Shown: positions 46,483 through 58,012, counted from the stretch's first letter. The stretch is DNA of 64,000 nt from an uncultured delta proteobacterium (GCA_963772835.1 CAVYYZ010000012.1:192001-256000), one strand, 5' to 3'. Numbers and translations are program-made. Notes: a model not told the origin generated them from the sequence alone.

Positions 46483-47316
46483 TCAAGCGGAATTGTTATC
46501 CAGTCGCAGGATCCGCCGGACATTACCCGATGTAGTCCGGGAAACGACTTCCGGAGATATTCCCCGTACTTCCGCAACACGCAGCGCCGTTTCCGTTATC
46601 CAGGCCGGACGGTTAAATCTTCCGCGATACCGTTCCGGGGTCATATCAGGGGCGTCCGTTTCCAGCACCAGATGTTCAAGCGACAGCTCCCGTGCTGCGA
46701 GTAGCGGTTTCACCGCATTTTTCCAGGTAACGGTCCCGGAAATCGATATGACAAAGCCAAGCCGGATGAACTCGCGGGCCATTTCCACAGAGCCCGAGAA
46801 GGCGTGCATGATCCCGCCCACCCGGTCCGCACGCTCTTCGCGCAGAATCGTTATGACCCGTTGAAACGCCCGGCGACAATGGATCAGTACCGGTATACCG
46901 CAATGAACTGCCACCCGGAGCTGTTCGCGAAACGCCCGTTCCTGCAGCGGCATCGGCACCGGATAGGCCGGGTCGATGCCGGTTTCACCGATTGCAACCC
47001 CGTGCGGTGCAATTTTCAGCAACTGCTCAATAATCTGATCAGTCACACTTTCCGCATGCATCGGATGAATGCCGAATGAAGGTAATATACGGGGATTTTC
47101 CCTAGCCAGGGCGGCTATCCCGGACCAGCCGCTGCGGGCTACTCCCGGCACAACAAAACGCTGCACTCCGGCCGCATATGCATCGAGCAGAAGGTTTTGA
47201 AGCCCGGATCTGAGGGGTTCCAGATCAAGATGACAATGACTGTCGATAAGTCCGTCATCACCGGCGGCATCGTACTGCCGTTTCCGGTCTCCCTGCAGAT
47301 CCGTCACAAGAACCAC
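46483..47316 (-). CDS. tatD: TatD family nuclease
   Basis: IDSHCHLD, GIHP, AIGETGID, IHCR, MHAFSG, LETDAP; exact start uncertain. Confidence 0.92.
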   Translation of the reverse strand: MVLVTDLQGDRKRQYDAAGDDGLIDSHCHLDLEPLRSGLQNLLLDAYAAGVQRFVVPGVARSGWSGIAALARENPRILPSFGIHPMHAESVTDQIIEQLLKIAPHGVAIGETGIDPAYPVPMPLQERAFREQLRVAVHCGIPVLIHCRRAFQRVITILREERADRVGGIMHAFSGSVEMAREFIRLGFVISISGTVTWKNAVKPLLAARELSLEHLVLETDAPDMTPERYRGRFNRPAWITETALRVAEVRGISPEVVSRTTSGNVRRILRLDNNSA

Positions 47317-48500
47317 CCGAACAGGCTGACTATCCGCTCCATGATCCGGATCAGTATGCTCCGTCGCTCATGAACATCCAGTTCTACAGGGCTGGATCCC
47401 TCTATCTCCTCCAGAAGCAGTGCCCGGATCTGTCCGCCGAACTGAACGTTATCAATCATGCAGTTGATCTCATAATTGCGATGAAAACTGCGTTGATCCA
47501 GGTTGGCCGAGCCGATGACCGCCCGCTCGGCGTCTATCAGCATAACCTTGGCATGGAGGATTTCCCGTTCCAGTTCAAAAATCTCAATGCCGCCTCGAAG
47601 GAGGGTAGCGTACGAGCTTCTGCCGAGCAAAAGCATCAGCGGCACATCACTGCGGGCCGGCAGCAGAAGTCGCACCCGCACACCACGCCGGACGGCCCGT
47701 AACATTGAGCGGATAATGCGCGGGCCGGGTACAAAATACGGAGTGGCGATCAGAATCTCTTCGGCAGCGGATGCAATATTAACCTGAAACGCCTCACGTA
47801 TGTAGGAACGTCGCTGGCGCGGCCCGCCGCTGATGATATTGACTGCCGCATCCCCGGTATTACAATCGGGGATGCGGTGGCGCTCTGCCGCGCCACTCAC
47901 TGCGGTTTTATCCCTCTCTCCGTTCCAGGTTTCGTGAAAGATCGCCGCCAACTCGCACACCGCATCACCCCTGATGCTGAAACCCAGATCCCGGAAACCG
48001 AGTTTACCGGCAACGCAGCCTGCATATTCATCGCCGATGTTGAATCCTCCCAGAAAGGCCAGCGTACCGTCGATAATCGTCATCTTGCGATGATCCCGTT
48101 TATCGAACCAGTAGACGCCACGCGTGAATGAGGGGATATTGAAAGGGAGCAGTTTGACCCCACCGTTGGAGAGTTTTTTAAAGTAGGAGGATGGTGTATC
48201 CAGGGAGCCGATGTAATCGTAAATCAGCCTGACCTTGACTCCGCGTTGAACCGCTGCAGCCAGTTCAAGCGCCAACCCGGTGCCGATACGATCATCATGT
48301 ATAAGGTAGTACTCAAGCAGGATGGTATGTTCTGCGGAGCGAACGGCGGCAAAAAGCGCCTCAAAAAACGATCTCCCTTCATGAAAGAGTTCGACGCTGT
48401 TATGGCGATGGGTGACCGGCAACTCCAGAGGGCGCATCCGTCGTAACAGGCGGATTATCCTGGGAAACCGTTTTTTATGCTTGTAGTGATTATTTCGCAT
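47304..48500 (-). CDS. cls: Cardiolipin synthase / phospholipase D family
   Basis: Two HKD motifs: HRKMTIID and HAKVMLID. Confidence 0.9.
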   Translation of the reverse strand: MRNNHYKHKKRFPRIIRLLRRMRPLELPVTHRHNSVELFHEGRSFFEALFAAVRSAEHTILLEYYLIHDDRIGTGLALELAAAVQRGVKVRLIYDYIGSLDTPSSYFKKLSNGGVKLLPFNIPSFTRGVYWFDKRDHRKMTIIDGTLAFLGGFNIGDEYAGCVAGKLGFRDLGFSIRGDAVCELAAIFHETWNGERDKTAVSGAAERHRIPDCNTGDAAVNIISGGPRQRRSYIREAFQVNIASAAEEILIATPYFVPGPRIIRSMLRAVRRGVRVRLLLPARSDVPLMLLLGRSSYATLLRGGIEIFELEREILHAKVMLIDAERAVIGSANLDQRSFHRNYEINCMIDNVQFGGQIRALLLEEIEGSSPVELDVHERRSILIRIMERIVSLFGWFL

Positions 48501-48694
48501 GGAACTCACATCACGCAAAGAAGTCCGGCTGTAATAAGCAGAACAAAATCTATCTCATATTTTTGTCAGAGTCGGAGGCCGTAATAGAACAGACCGCGGC
48601 GTAACAAAGCTACGTCCGGGAAGTTCTGATTGAGATGCCGCCAAAACGGCCGGGAGATGAGATGCACCGTGCTTGTTTTATTGTTGTCTGCCTC

Positions 48695-49351
48695 CTAAAC
48701 AACCGGTATCGTCAACTTTCCCACCGATTCGATCTCCGCGGTCATGATGTCGCCGGCAACAACCTGACCGACTCCGGCGGGAGTACCGGTCAGAATGACA
48801 TCGCCCGGTTCCAGGGTGAAGATTGCCGATATATGGGCGACGGTCTGCGCCACACGGTGGATCATGTCGGACGAGGTGCCGTCCTGGCGGATCTCGCCGT
48901 TGACGGAAAGCTTCAGGCTGAGAGCATGTGGATCGGCCACTGATTCCGACGGGACAAAATCTGACAGTGGGCAGGCTGTGTCGAATCCTTTGGCAATTTC
49001 CCAGGGGAACCCCTTGGCTTTCAGCTGACTCTGCACGTCACGTAACGTCATATCGATCCCTACGCCGTAGCCGGCGACAAACTCCAGCGCGCTGTCAACC
49101 GAAACGGCACGACATCTCTTTCCGATCAGAACGGCCAGTTCGACTTCATAATGGCACTCCTGTGAATAAGACGGGATTCGCACTGAATCGCCATCACTAA
49201 TGACCGACGAAGCCGGTTTTATGAAAAGAACCGGTGCCGCCGGAGTTTCGTTGCCCAGTTCGCGGGCATGTTCGGCATAGTTGCGTGCCAGGCAGACGAT
49301 CTTGCCGATGGTGAATTGCTGATTCGTTGTGATAAGTTTTCGTGTCGTCAT
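48695..49351 (-). CDS. Fumarylacetoacetate hydrolase family protein
   Basis: [38 protein letters not shown]. Confidence 0.93.
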   Translation of the reverse strand: MTTRKLITTNQQFTIGKIVCLARNYAEHARELGNETPAAPVLFIKPASSVISDGDSVRIPSYSQECHYEVELAVLIGKRCRAVSVDSALEFVAGYGVGIDMTLRDVQSQLKAKGFPWEIAKGFDTACPLSDFVPSESVADPHALSLKLSVNGEIRQDGTSSDMIHRVAQTVAHISAIFTLEPGDVILTGTPAGVGQVVAGDIMTAEIESVGKLTIPVV

Positions 49352-50880
49352 AGCAGACTCTCCCCTGTCATCTCTTTCGGTTGACCCAGTCTCAGCATCT
49401 TCAACATGGTCGGCGCCACATCTGCCAGACACCCCCCTTCGCGCAGGGTACCATTTTTACGATTGTTGTCCACCAGCACCAGCCAGACCGGATTAGTCGT
49501 ATGGGCGGTGAACGGTTCTCCGTTTTCATCCTGCATCTGTTCGGCATTGCCGTGATCAGCGGTAATCAATACGGCGCCTCCCATATCCAGCACCCGGCTG
49601 GCAATCCTGCCGGCGCAGGCATCCACCGTCTCCACAGCCTTGATGGCTGCTGCCTCGACACCGGTATGACCAACCATATCGCAGTTGGCAAAATTGAGGA
49701 TTATCACGTCATACAGATCCTGATCGAGCAGTTTAAGGAGCTTCTCCGTCACCTGCACGGCACTCATCTCCGGTTTTAGATCGTAGGTGGCCACCTCTGT
49801 AGGGGAGGGGACCAGAGCGCGATCTTCGCCGGGGAAAGGGACTTCCACTCCGCCGTTGAAGAAAAAGGTGACATGGGCATATTTCTCCGTTTCGGCAATG
49901 CGCAGCTGTTTCAAACCGGCATCTGCCAGCACGCCGCCAAAAATATTTGATAGCCCGGTGGAAGCAAACGCAATCGGCAGGCCGAACGTTGCGTCGTATT
50001 CGGTCAGGCAGACATAGCCGGCCAGCTTCGGCCAATAACCTCGCTCGAATTTATCAAAACCATCCAGTGCCAGAGCACGGGTAATTTCACGGGCGCGGTC
50101 AGAGCGGAAATTGAAGAAAATGAAGCCGTCGCCGTCCCGAAGTTGACCGACCGGGGCACCGTGCCCGCAGATGACAGCAGGGACGACAAATTCGTCGTAT
50201 ATCCTGGATGTGTAGCTCTGCTCGATGGCATCCTTCGAGGAGACATACAGGTCACCAAGGCCATGCACTATGGCGTTGTAGGCCTTCTCTACCCTGTCCC
50301 AGCGATTATCGCGGTCCATGGCATAATAGCGCCCCATGACGGTTGCAACCGTTCCAATGCCGATCCGTACGATCTCTGTTTCAAGCTCAGCCAGGTACCC
50401 GGCGCCGCTCTGGGGAGGGGTATCACGTCCATCCAGCAGGCAATGAATAAAGACCTCCGTCACGCCTTCGCGCTTGGCCAGTTCCAGCAGGGCATACAGG
50501 TGGGTGTTGTGCGAGTGTACTCCGCCGTCGGAGAGCAGTCCCGACAGGTGCAGCCTCCCACCTGAAGCCTTGACCTGCGCGATGCAGTCGAGCAGGACCT
50601 TGTTGGTGAAAAAATCGCCGTCAAGGATTGATTTGGTGACGCGGGTCAACTCCTGATAGACAACCCGACCGGCCCCCAGATTCAGGTGCCCGACCTCGGA
50701 GTTACCCATCTGTCCGTCAGGAAGGCCGACCGCCATACCGGACGTGCGGATCGGAACATGGGGGTATGCCGCGAGATATTTTGTCAGATTGGGGGTTTTA
50801 GCCAGGGCAACGGCATTGTGAGCGGGATCGGGATTGATCCCCCAGCCGTCGAGAATCATGAGGACAATCGGTTTTTTCAT
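49348..50880 (-). CDS. gpmI: 2,3-BPG-independent phosphoglycerate mutase
   Basis: [46 protein letters not shown]. Confidence 0.97.
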   Translation of the reverse strand: MKKPIVLMILDGWGINPDPAHNAVALAKTPNLTKYLAAYPHVPIRTSGMAVGLPDGQMGNSEVGHLNLGAGRVVYQELTRVTKSILDGDFFTNKVLLDCIAQVKASGGRLHLSGLLSDGGVHSHNTHLYALLELAKREGVTEVFIHCLLDGRDTPPQSGAGYLAELETEIVRIGIGTVATVMGRYYAMDRDNRWDRVEKAYNAIVHGLGDLYVSSKDAIEQSYTSRIYDEFVVPAVICGHGAPVGQLRDGDGFIFFNFRSDRAREITRALALDGFDKFERGYWPKLAGYVCLTEYDATFGLPIAFASTGLSNIFGGVLADAGLKQLRIAETEKYAHVTFFFNGGVEVPFPGEDRALVPSPTEVATYDLKPEMSAVQVTEKLLKLLDQDLYDVIILNFANCDMVGHTGVEAAAIKAVETVDACAGRIASRVLDMGGAVLITADHGNAEQMQDENGEPFTAHTTNPVWLVLVDNNRKNGTLREGGCLADVAPTMLKMLRLGQPKEMTGESLL

Positions 50881-51033
50881 AAAACAACCTCCGTATGAAA
50901 ACGTACGTAGATACAAAAAACAGTCCCCGGAAGGTACCGCAACTTGAAGACGCTTCTAAGCGATGAGTAACGGAGGATATACCCGTTTCATCCTCCTCCG
51001 CCCACCCCGGTATCCTCCGGATTCGGCGTGTTT

Positions 51034-51492
51034 TTAATGATGATACGGCTCTTTGTTCAGAATAGTAAACGCCCGGTAGATCTGCTCCAGCAGGAAAGCA
51101 CGCACCATCTGGTGAGTGAAGGTCATCTTCGACAACGCCAGCAGTTTGCCCCGGTGGCGGAACTCTTCTGAGAAACCGTAGGCACCGCCGATGGCAAAGA
51201 CCAGCTCACCAGTGCCGCTGTCACGCTGTTTACCTATAAAAGCCGCCAATCCGGGGGAGTCCATCTGTTCGCCCCGTTCGTCCATCAAAACCAGTGTGGC
51301 GCCAGGTGGAATCTGCCTCTCCAGCCGTTCGCACTCACGGCGACGCATCTCCTCGGCTTCAGCACCCTTCTCGTCGCGGATATCTATCAGCTCCAGCGGC
51401 ATATAGCGCCGGATACGACCGGCATATTCGTCGATCGCATCCTTGACCCACGGGTCACGGCTTTTACCGACCCAAAGAACCTTTAATTTCAA
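51034..51492 (-). CDS. rlmH: 23S rRNA pseudouridine1915 methyltransferase
   Basis: IGGAYG, SKMTFTHQMVR, EQIYRA, PYHH. Confidence 0.95.
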   Translation of the reverse strand: MKLKVLWVGKSRDPWVKDAIDEYAGRIRRYMPLELIDIRDEKGAEAEEMRRRECERLERQIPPGATLVLMDERGEQMDSPGLAAFIGKQRDSGTGELVFAIGGAYGFSEEFRHRGKLLALSKMTFTHQMVRAFLLEQIYRAFTILNKEPYHH

Positions 51493-51902
51493 TACTGCGA
51501 TTCCTTGCGGGACGCCTTTATTTCAGGCGGCAGCTCCAATTCAGGCGCCATCCCCCAGAGGCCGTCCAGGTCGTAATATTTGCGGATCTGGTCGTGGAAA
51601 ATATGCACCAGCACATCACCGTAATCCATGACGATCCATTTTCCGTCCGTGGCGCCCTCGATATCGTTGACCTTGCCGTATTTTTTCAATCCGGTGCGGA
51701 TATTATCAGAGATGGCCTGGTTCTGTTTATCGGAGGAACCGGAAATGATCACCATGTAGTCGGCAATCGACGAAATCCGTGAAATGTTGCGCACACAGAT
51801 GTCAAAAGCCTTTTTGTCATATGCCAGCTCTGCGCATTTAAGTGCGCGCTCGCTGGGAGTCAGGGTCGTCTTTTCATCAGTTTGAGTTTTTTTTACTGGC
51901 AT
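51489..51902 (-). CDS. rsfS: Ribosome silencing factor
   Basis: DKKA, ADYMVI, WIVMDYGDVLVHIF, YDLDGLW. Confidence 0.95.
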   Translation of the reverse strand: MPVKKTQTDEKTTLTPSERALKCAELAYDKKAFDICVRNISRISSIADYMVIISGSSDKQNQAISDNIRTGLKKYGKVNDIEGATDGKWIVMDYGDVLVHIFHDQIRKYYDLDGLWGMAPELELPPEIKASRKESQY

Positions 51903-52543
51903 GTGTAGTAGATCCTTTGCTGCGAGATATATGCTGCTACGTCGGGTGGAACAAACCTGGAAATGTCGGATCCCGCGGTGGCAAGCCGCCGGATTTCAGT
52001 CGAAGAGAGCTCCTGCGGGGAGCCCGTGATAAAACAGACGGTCGTGCCTGAAAGATGCTTCAGGCAGGCGGATTCGCGATCAAAGGCAAACTCACGCCGT
52101 ACAGCATCCGGTACGGCATCAATCGGGTTGATAATCGGGCAGCCGGGACGGTCGACAACAATCAGGTTGCACAGGGAGAATATCTCGGCGTAGCGATGCC
52201 ACGTGCCTATCTCAAGAAAAGAATCTCCACCGATGATAAAAAAAAGATTATCACCCGGAAACCATTCACGGAATATCCGGATCGTATCTATTGAAAATGA
52301 CTTGCCTTCACGCTCAGCCTCGACCGTTGACATCTCGTAATCCGGCCGCCCGGCGATGGCCATTTTTACCATTGTCGAGCGCTGTTCAAACGAAATGCCG
52401 CCAGCCAGCAGCTTGTGCGGCGGATCGGCCGCTGGAATAAAGATGACCTTGTCGAGCAGGCAGGCTGTCTGTGCCTCCGCGGCAATGCGCAGATGGGCGT
52501 TGTGGAGCGGATTGAAACTCCCTCCCAGCAGGCCTATTCTCAT
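51893..52543 (-). CDS. nadD: Nicotinate-nucleotide adenylyltransferase
   Basis: GGSFNPLHNAH, PPHK, IIGGDS, SSTEIR. Confidence 0.95.
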   Translation of the reverse strand: MRIGLLGGSFNPLHNAHLRIAAEAQTACLLDKVIFIPAADPPHKLLAGGISFEQRSTMVKMAIAGRPDYEMSTVEAEREGKSFSIDTIRIFREWFPGDNLFFIIGGDSFLEIGTWHRYAEIFSLCNLIVVDRPGCPIINPIDAVPDAVRREFAFDRESACLKHLSGTTVCFITGSPQELSSTEIRRLATAGSDISRFVPPDVAAYISQQRIYYTCQ

Positions 52544-53673
52544 GTCATCAGGATCTTGTTTTTTATAATCAGCATTTCAAATGCCAGCGATGCCTTGTAT
52601 ACCAGCTTCTGAAGCTCCAGCAACCGCGTGCCGAGCGCATCCATATCGGCTGAGACGACTACTACTGCCACGACTTTTTTGAGCATGATAATCGGAAGCA
52701 CCAGAAGAGGCGTACCGGAGGCGACCGCAAGAGCCTTGATCAGCTGAATATTTTCAGGTGTCTGAATCAAAGTACCCATGGCAAACTGCCGGGTCTCGAG
52801 TACATCCCTCATTACGGACGGTTTACTCAGAAGAATGTTCAGGTTTTCCAGCTCTTCAAGGCGCTTTCCTGCACCAACTCCCCGCCAGCCGACCGCCGTA
52901 TTGTTGCGAATAATAAAAAGAGCGCCAACCGTGAATTCCTGGCCGAGATATTTGACAAAAACCGCGGCAACCTGATCACGGTTTTTTGCCGAGGCAAACT
53001 CTATGGAAAGACGATCAACCGAATAACGCTCCATTCCTTCCAATTCTGAAGCATGATCATTCATATAATCAGGAAGGTTGGCAAACCCCTCGAATTCGAG
53101 TGGGATTTGGATGTTGAGCAGCTCACCGCTGTCACTCATCATCGGAATATCAATATTTCCGGTTTTTTTTACGTCGGCCGCAACGGGAGCAGACCTTCGT
53201 TTGTTGGCAAGCTCACCCTCGATCCGGAGGTAACGGATATCGCCCCGGATTTGATAATACTCCGAAAGAGCCGAGGTAATCCGGACGTCCGGCACAATGT
53301 GAGGCAGAATGACACAACCGGTGACAAATGCCACCTCTTCAATCGCTTTAAAATCGGTGGGATCCGCCATGGCCAGCGCCAGTTTCTTCCCGTCGGCCCT
53401 GATCGGTACCACTCGGTATTTGGAGGCCAGCTCTGCAGGTACCAGAGCAAGCACTTTCGGAGGAATGGACAGCATGATGCGCGGGGAAACCGAAGGAACC
53501 CCCAGTTTCCGGCTCAAAAAACCGCACAACTGCTCGTCTGAGATGAACCCCAGTTCAATCAGGCTGCTTCCCAGCTTAATACCGAATACGGTCTGGCTTT
53601 TGAGCGCTTCATCAAGCTGTTCCGGAGTAATCAATTTTTCTTTTAATAATAGTTGGCCGAGCTTGATCGCCAT
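52540..53673 (-). CDS. MshEN/GspE-N-terminal-domain protein without ATPase
   Basis: Tandem KLGxxL...L motifs, LALAMADP; no Walker A motif. Confidence 0.8.
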   Translation of the reverse strand: MAIKLGQLLLKEKLITPEQLDEALKSQTVFGIKLGSSLIELGFISDEQLCGFLSRKLGVPSVSPRIMLSIPPKVLALVPAELASKYRVVPIRADGKKLALAMADPTDFKAIEEVAFVTGCVILPHIVPDVRITSALSEYYQIRGDIRYLRIEGELANKRRSAPVAADVKKTGNIDIPMMSDSGELLNIQIPLEFEGFANLPDYMNDHASELEGMERYSVDRLSIEFASAKNRDQVAAVFVKYLGQEFTVGALFIIRNNTAVGWRGVGAGKRLEELENLNILLSKPSVMRDVLETRQFAMGTLIQTPENIQLIKALAVASGTPLLVLPIIMLKKVVAVVVVSADMDALGTRLLELQKLVYKASLAFEMLIIKNKILMT

Positions 53674-53696
53674 TTGTACCTCTTTTGCCGTTGACG

Positions 53697-54536
53697 TTAC
53701 AGAATTTGCGGCTTGAGCAATGTCCCCCGTATCGGCACGGTATAGACCCCCGGCGAAGTCATAAACTTGATCAGCAGCATAAAAACCAGCTTCTGTTTTT
53801 CAAGGAATTCCGGTTTCGGCATGATTTCAAGACTCATGTTAAGAGGCGTCACTCCGGCATTAGCTCCCGACGGTAGGTCGCCCGAAAGCCGCATGAATAC
53901 ACCGTCTCCTTCCAGCGTAAAACTCTCCAGGCGGGCTTTGCCGTCACTGATTCTTATCATCCCCTGGGTTTTCAGATTGGCCGTGTCAGGGAGCGGAAAG
54001 GCTCCAAGCTTAACTCCGGAAAATTCAAGCTGCTTTATCTCAAGCTTCAGGTCGCCGTTCAAACCCTTCGCACTGCGTTGAAGCGTACCGCGGCTCCAGA
54101 GGCTCCCGGCCACCGTTGCCCCCAGGACACTTTTAAAAAAGGGTATGCGCGAAAGATCTATGCCGTCGGCATCAAGATTCATGGCCTCTTTGCCATTCAG
54201 GGCGTATGTAATGTCCAGATGCCCGGTGCCAATCGTTGTCTCTCCCAAAAAGACTGCACGCCCGGTAAAGATCGGAAGCAGAAGCAACCGGACCTGCAGT
54301 CGTTCACAGCTCAGCAGCTGCCCCTGCTCTGATGAAAGCAGTAGATTATCCCACGCCAGACCGGGAAGCACTGTCTTGTGAACCGGCGGAGCCAGCGTCA
54401 ACCCCTGCCCCGTCAGAACCCGGGCAAGTACGGCATCGATCCTCCCTGTCGGAAAAAAGAGGTAACTGAACAGCAGAAAAATAAGTATAACCACGGCCAG
54501 AAGAGCGGCTCCCCATGCAAGCCTCACAATTTTCAT
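53697..54536 (-). CDS. gspN: Type II secretion protein GspN-like
   Basis: N-terminal TM ending FFP, beta-rich body; position after gspM. Confidence 0.7.
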   Translation of the reverse strand: MKIVRLAWGAALLAVVILIFLLFSYLFFPTGRIDAVLARVLTGQGLTLAPPVHKTVLPGLAWDNLLLSSEQGQLLSCERLQVRLLLLPIFTGRAVFLGETTIGTGHLDITYALNGKEAMNLDADGIDLSRIPFFKSVLGATVAGSLWSRGTLQRSAKGLNGDLKLEIKQLEFSGVKLGAFPLPDTANLKTQGMIRISDGKARLESFTLEGDGVFMRLSGDLPSGANAGVTPLNMSLEIMPKPEFLEKQKLVFMLLIKFMTSPGVYTVPIRGTLLKPQIL

Positions 54537-55084
54537 TGCTTTGCCTGGCCGGGGACCGGCTTAAGCAGTGCCAGAATCAGACTCAAGTCGCACCGGGACG
54601 GGTCATCAAAACGAATTTTAAGATTACATTTTTTAATGATCAGCGGACGGCTCCCTTTTTCGAGACGATACAGCAGATTAGTCGCTTCATTGAGCGTCAG
54701 TCCATCTATGCGGATATCAGCCGCATCCTCGGTAAAGCCGCTCCGTTCTTCACCCTTTATCGACACGATTTTAACTGATTTCCCTTTGATACCGATATCT
54801 TCGATAATTTTAGCCGGGGAGTCATCCGGGCGCAGAGAAGCCATCCTGCCACTCATCTGATCCGACGACTGACGGGCTGTCAAATACGAGGCTTTGAGCG
54901 GCAGCAGATCCTTCAGTACCGTTTCACGAGCGCTCCGTTTCTGCTCAAGCGCCTGCACTTTCGCGCTCAAAGCCGACCATCCGACCGCTGCAGCCAGCAG
55001 TGCAATCAGGACATAGCCGCACCAGAGCCGTATTCGGCCGTCAAGATACCGCCATCTGTCAAGGATTATTTCCAGAGGTTTCAT
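54533..55084 (-). CDS. gspM: Type II secretion protein GspM
   Basis: TM plus coiled coil plus small C-terminal domain; position after gspL. Confidence 0.72.
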   Translation of the reverse strand: MKPLEIILDRWRYLDGRIRLWCGYVLIALLAAAVGWSALSAKVQALEQKRSARETVLKDLLPLKASYLTARQSSDQMSGRMASLRPDDSPAKIIEDIGIKGKSVKIVSIKGEERSGFTEDAADIRIDGLTLNEATNLLYRLEKGSRPLIIKKCNLKIRFDDPSRCDLSLILALLKPVPGQAKQ

Positions 55085-56391
55085 CTCGTCCCCTCCTTGA
55101 GCGTTCCTGTCAAACTGAATGAAACCGTGCCATCGGGGCGACTCTTGACCTCACCCAATTCGGCAGCGGCCAGCAGAGGAGCAAGCACTGCTCTAAATTC
55201 ATTAACCGCCTGAGCGGAACGGGCATCACCTTTTATCCGGAGGTTGCGACCCTCCAGTTCGGCTTCGTAGAGACCATTGATGCTGCTTCCTTTTGCTTCG
55301 GCAAGCTTTTTTAATAAATCAAGATACCCGCTTGAATTTTCGACACCGGCCAATTTCCTGATCTCTCCTTTGATTTCAGATATTTCATCAACCGCCTTGG
55401 CCCGGGACGGGAATATTTCGTGATAGAGAGAGGCTATCGATTTGTTCAGCGAAGAAATATCAGCCGCTGCGGCACGGTACTGGAGGCCTTTGTTTACAAA
55501 AAGCAGCACGATGATCGCCGCCGCCAGTATTCCTGTCAGAATCAATTTTTTACGAAATTTGGCATCCCCGGCGGTCCATGCCAGATCTCCCTGGCGGAAA
55601 TCGGGCAGTGTACCGTTATGGCAGGCATGTGCAACAGCATAAAAACCGGCCAACTGCTGAAAGGTTTCATCATTTTTGAACAGATGCCCCAGTTCCTGCG
55701 GCAGTTCTAACTTTTCAACCGGTATCAGTCCGGCAGCAGCAGATAATCCTTCACTTCCCTGTCCGAACAGGCAGAGCCTTTTTGGAGCCTCCCCCCCGGA
55801 GAGTTCCAATGCCGACAATGTTGCTTCTATCATTGGAGCTGTCATGGCGGAATCGGACGAGCGGAAATACGTCAATCGTCCGCCATCCAATAGTGCCAGG
55901 GTGCTTCCGTCGCAGACGGCACAGTCGGAGGGCACTCCCGGGAGCCCGGCAAATGCGAGCGGGAGTGAACTGACAACCTGAGGCTCGATTCCTGCTTCCT
56001 GGAACTGCGCGATTGCAGTGCTGATATCGCTCTTGCGGGCCCAGAGGGAGAGAAACCGGCCTTCCCCGACCGCCAGAAGTCCCAGCGCAAGCTCTTCTAC
56101 CGGAAGAGCTATTTCACCCTGCAAGTGTGCCGGGAGAACTTCACGTGCCTTGCGGAGATCACTGAACGGAAGCTCAATGGAACGTTGCGCAAACAGCGTC
56201 GGCGGGAGGCAGAGCACAACACGAGGGGAACCGGTCATTTTTTCGGTTATGCTGCCGATAGCGTCGGACAGCGACCGCTCTTCGTTCAGCTCTATCATCG
56301 CAGCACCGATCAGTTCCGTAGAACGCCTCGATACTCCGAAATGGGCAACAGTCAGTCGATTTTCTTCTGCCTGCAGAATCAGATAGTCCAT
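55081..56391 (-). CDS. gspL: Type II secretion protein GspL
   Basis: Cytoplasmic domain (R.IELPF), FRQG before the TM, PilN-like C-terminus. Confidence 0.8.
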   Translation of the reverse strand: MDYLILQAEENRLTVAHFGVSRRSTELIGAAMIELNEERSLSDAIGSITEKMTGSPRVVLCLPPTLFAQRSIELPFSDLRKAREVLPAHLQGEIALPVEELALGLLAVGEGRFLSLWARKSDISTAIAQFQEAGIEPQVVSSLPLAFAGLPGVPSDCAVCDGSTLALLDGGRLTYFRSSDSAMTAPMIEATLSALELSGGEAPKRLCLFGQGSEGLSAAAGLIPVEKLELPQELGHLFKNDETFQQLAGFYAVAHACHNGTLPDFRQGDLAWTAGDAKFRKKLILTGILAAAIIVLLFVNKGLQYRAAAADISSLNKSIASLYHEIFPSRAKAVDEISEIKGEIRKLAGVENSSGYLDLLKKLAEAKGSSINGLYEAELEGRNLRIKGDARSAQAVNEFRAVLAPLLAAAELGEVKSRPDGTVSFSLTGTLKEGTR

Positions 56392-56438
56392 GGTACGCTG
56401 CACCCTCATCAACCGAAATTGGAACTATTTACCGTCTG

Positions 56439-57377
56439 TCAGTATTCCTGCCAGGACAAAAATTCATGCGCACTGCCTGACAGCCTCACAACCGCTACAA
56501 CTGTCCTGCCGGAATCCTTGACTTTGGCTGTAGAGGTTATTCTGAAAAGATTGCCTTTGACACTGATCTTTCCGACCAGACCGGTTGCTATCGTATCCAT
56601 CCCTGATACCCGCGAAAGCTCTCCCGTCGACTTGAATGGCTGAATACGTCGATTTTCCATGATTCGCTCTGCCATCGAGGAGTCGATACGGTCGTCGAGA
56701 GCGGCCAGGATCTCTTTCGGTGCAGTATTTATATTGACCGTCGACTGCGGCGATCCGGCCTGATCAGAAAAGGTCGTCAGATACGGTTGCAGCCGGCTAC
56801 ACAACTCAGGCGTAAAACCCTTGACGAGCGACAGTTCCGTCAGCGTCATCAACCTGCCGTTACGGGCACTGTAGGCAGGTTTCCGGGTGCGATAATACGG
56901 CGTCTCAACGCCGCCGGAGCGGGGCTGGTCGTCGCTGTCAATCCAATCCGCTACTGCGCCCCAGACATCTGTCGTGATATTCAGATTCCTGCTCAGCCGC
57001 TGTAGAGCCCCGAGTGTAAACGGTTCGTACTCTCCGTTGGGCTGCACCAGACCGTTGATGTTTATTTTACCACTTTCCTCGCTGATCGTGATTTCCAGCG
57101 AACCGGCATCGTCATCCAGCTTGATCGGTGTTGCCCACTGGTCCGAAAGCGAGGTATACGAACGGCTGGAGAGCGCCAGCTGCAGAAGCTTTGCGCCCCC
57201 TGTTGCACCGGATTCAGCCAGAATTGAAGCCTGCTGTCCATCACGGAAGCCCCGGCTGAGTGAGGTATCCACATACACCTGATGGATCATCTCGATCACG
57301 ACAGCCACCATCAGTGCCGTTACGACCAGTGTCAAAATCAGGGCGAATCCGGATTCACTTTTGAGCCGCCCTGTCAT
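56439..57377 (-). CDS. gspK: T2SS minor pseudopilin GspK
   Basis: G|FALILTL, AESG, GKININ, DWIDSDD, VNINTA. Confidence 0.92.
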   Translation of the reverse strand: MTGRLKSESGFALILTLVVTALMVAVVIEMIHQVYVDTSLSRGFRDGQQASILAESGATGGAKLLQLALSSRSYTSLSDQWATPIKLDDDAGSLEITISEESGKININGLVQPNGEYEPFTLGALQRLSRNLNITTDVWGAVADWIDSDDQPRSGGVETPYYRTRKPAYSARNGRLMTLTELSLVKGFTPELCSRLQPYLTTFSDQAGSPQSTVNINTAPKEILAALDDRIDSSMAERIMENRRIQPFKSTGELSRVSGMDTIATGLVGKISVKGNLFRITSTAKVKDSGRTVVAVVRLSGSAHEFLSWQEY

Positions 57378-58012
57378 GATCCGGTCACCCGCGGGGACGA
57401 GAGCACTGAAAACTCTACCGGTTTGCCTTGCTCCTCAATCTGTACTGTTACCCGAATCCCCTTGGGCAGACCACCGTTTATTGCAGTATCCCAGCTTTTG
57501 ACCCATTTTGATCCGTCATAGCACTCCACCAGAAAAGCGCTGATCAGCTCCATCTGCGGATACGCGGGGATGACGGCCTCTTCAGAGAACAGATCACGCT
57601 CCTGACGTGTCAAGGAATGCCGTGTAGCTTTCTCGGCAATCATGTACGTGACGACCACAATACCCGATTCGCTACGGCTCTGCCCGGCAGGTGGTGCCAA
57701 AGTGGTCAGTTCCAGGGTCGAAGAATGTGAGCCGAAGTTATCCCGATCTTCCACCACGAATCGCAGTCTTTTGTCACTGCGGTTAAACTGGGCAGATGAA
57801 ACTTCACGGCGGATCAAATCAAGGGTCGCTCCAAGTTCCCGCCGTGATTCCATTCCGGCTGAAGCACGGTCCCTGGCATTTATGACACCGAAGTAACTGC
57901 CATAGAGCGCCGCAGACAGGATGCCGAGCAAAACCACAGCAATAAGGACTTCCAGCAGTGTGAAACCGCTATTTCGAGAGATATCGGACAAGTGCCACTT
58001 CCCTGCCATCAC
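57374..58012 (-). CDS. gspJ: T2SS minor pseudopilin GspJ
   Basis: G|FTLLEVLIA prepilin motif; LPKGIRV C-terminus; gene order. Confidence 0.85.
   Translation of the reverse strand: MMAGKWHLSDISRNSGFTLLEVLIAVVLLGILSAALYGSYFGVINARDRASAGMESRRELGATLDLIRREVSSAQFNRSDKRLRFVVEDRDNFGSHSSTLELTTLAPPAGQSRSESGIVVVTYMIAEKATRHSLTRQERDLFSEEAVIPAYPQMELISAFLVECYDGSKWVKSWDTAINGGLPKGIRVTVQIEEQGKPVEFSVLSSPRVTGS

Noticed and set aside
48540..48690. Degenerate multicopy palindromic element (GCGGCGTAAC..GCTACG); similar hints at ~3560-3630 and ~50900-51000
   Set aside because: Too eroded to support from this window alone; needs genome-wide BLASTN.
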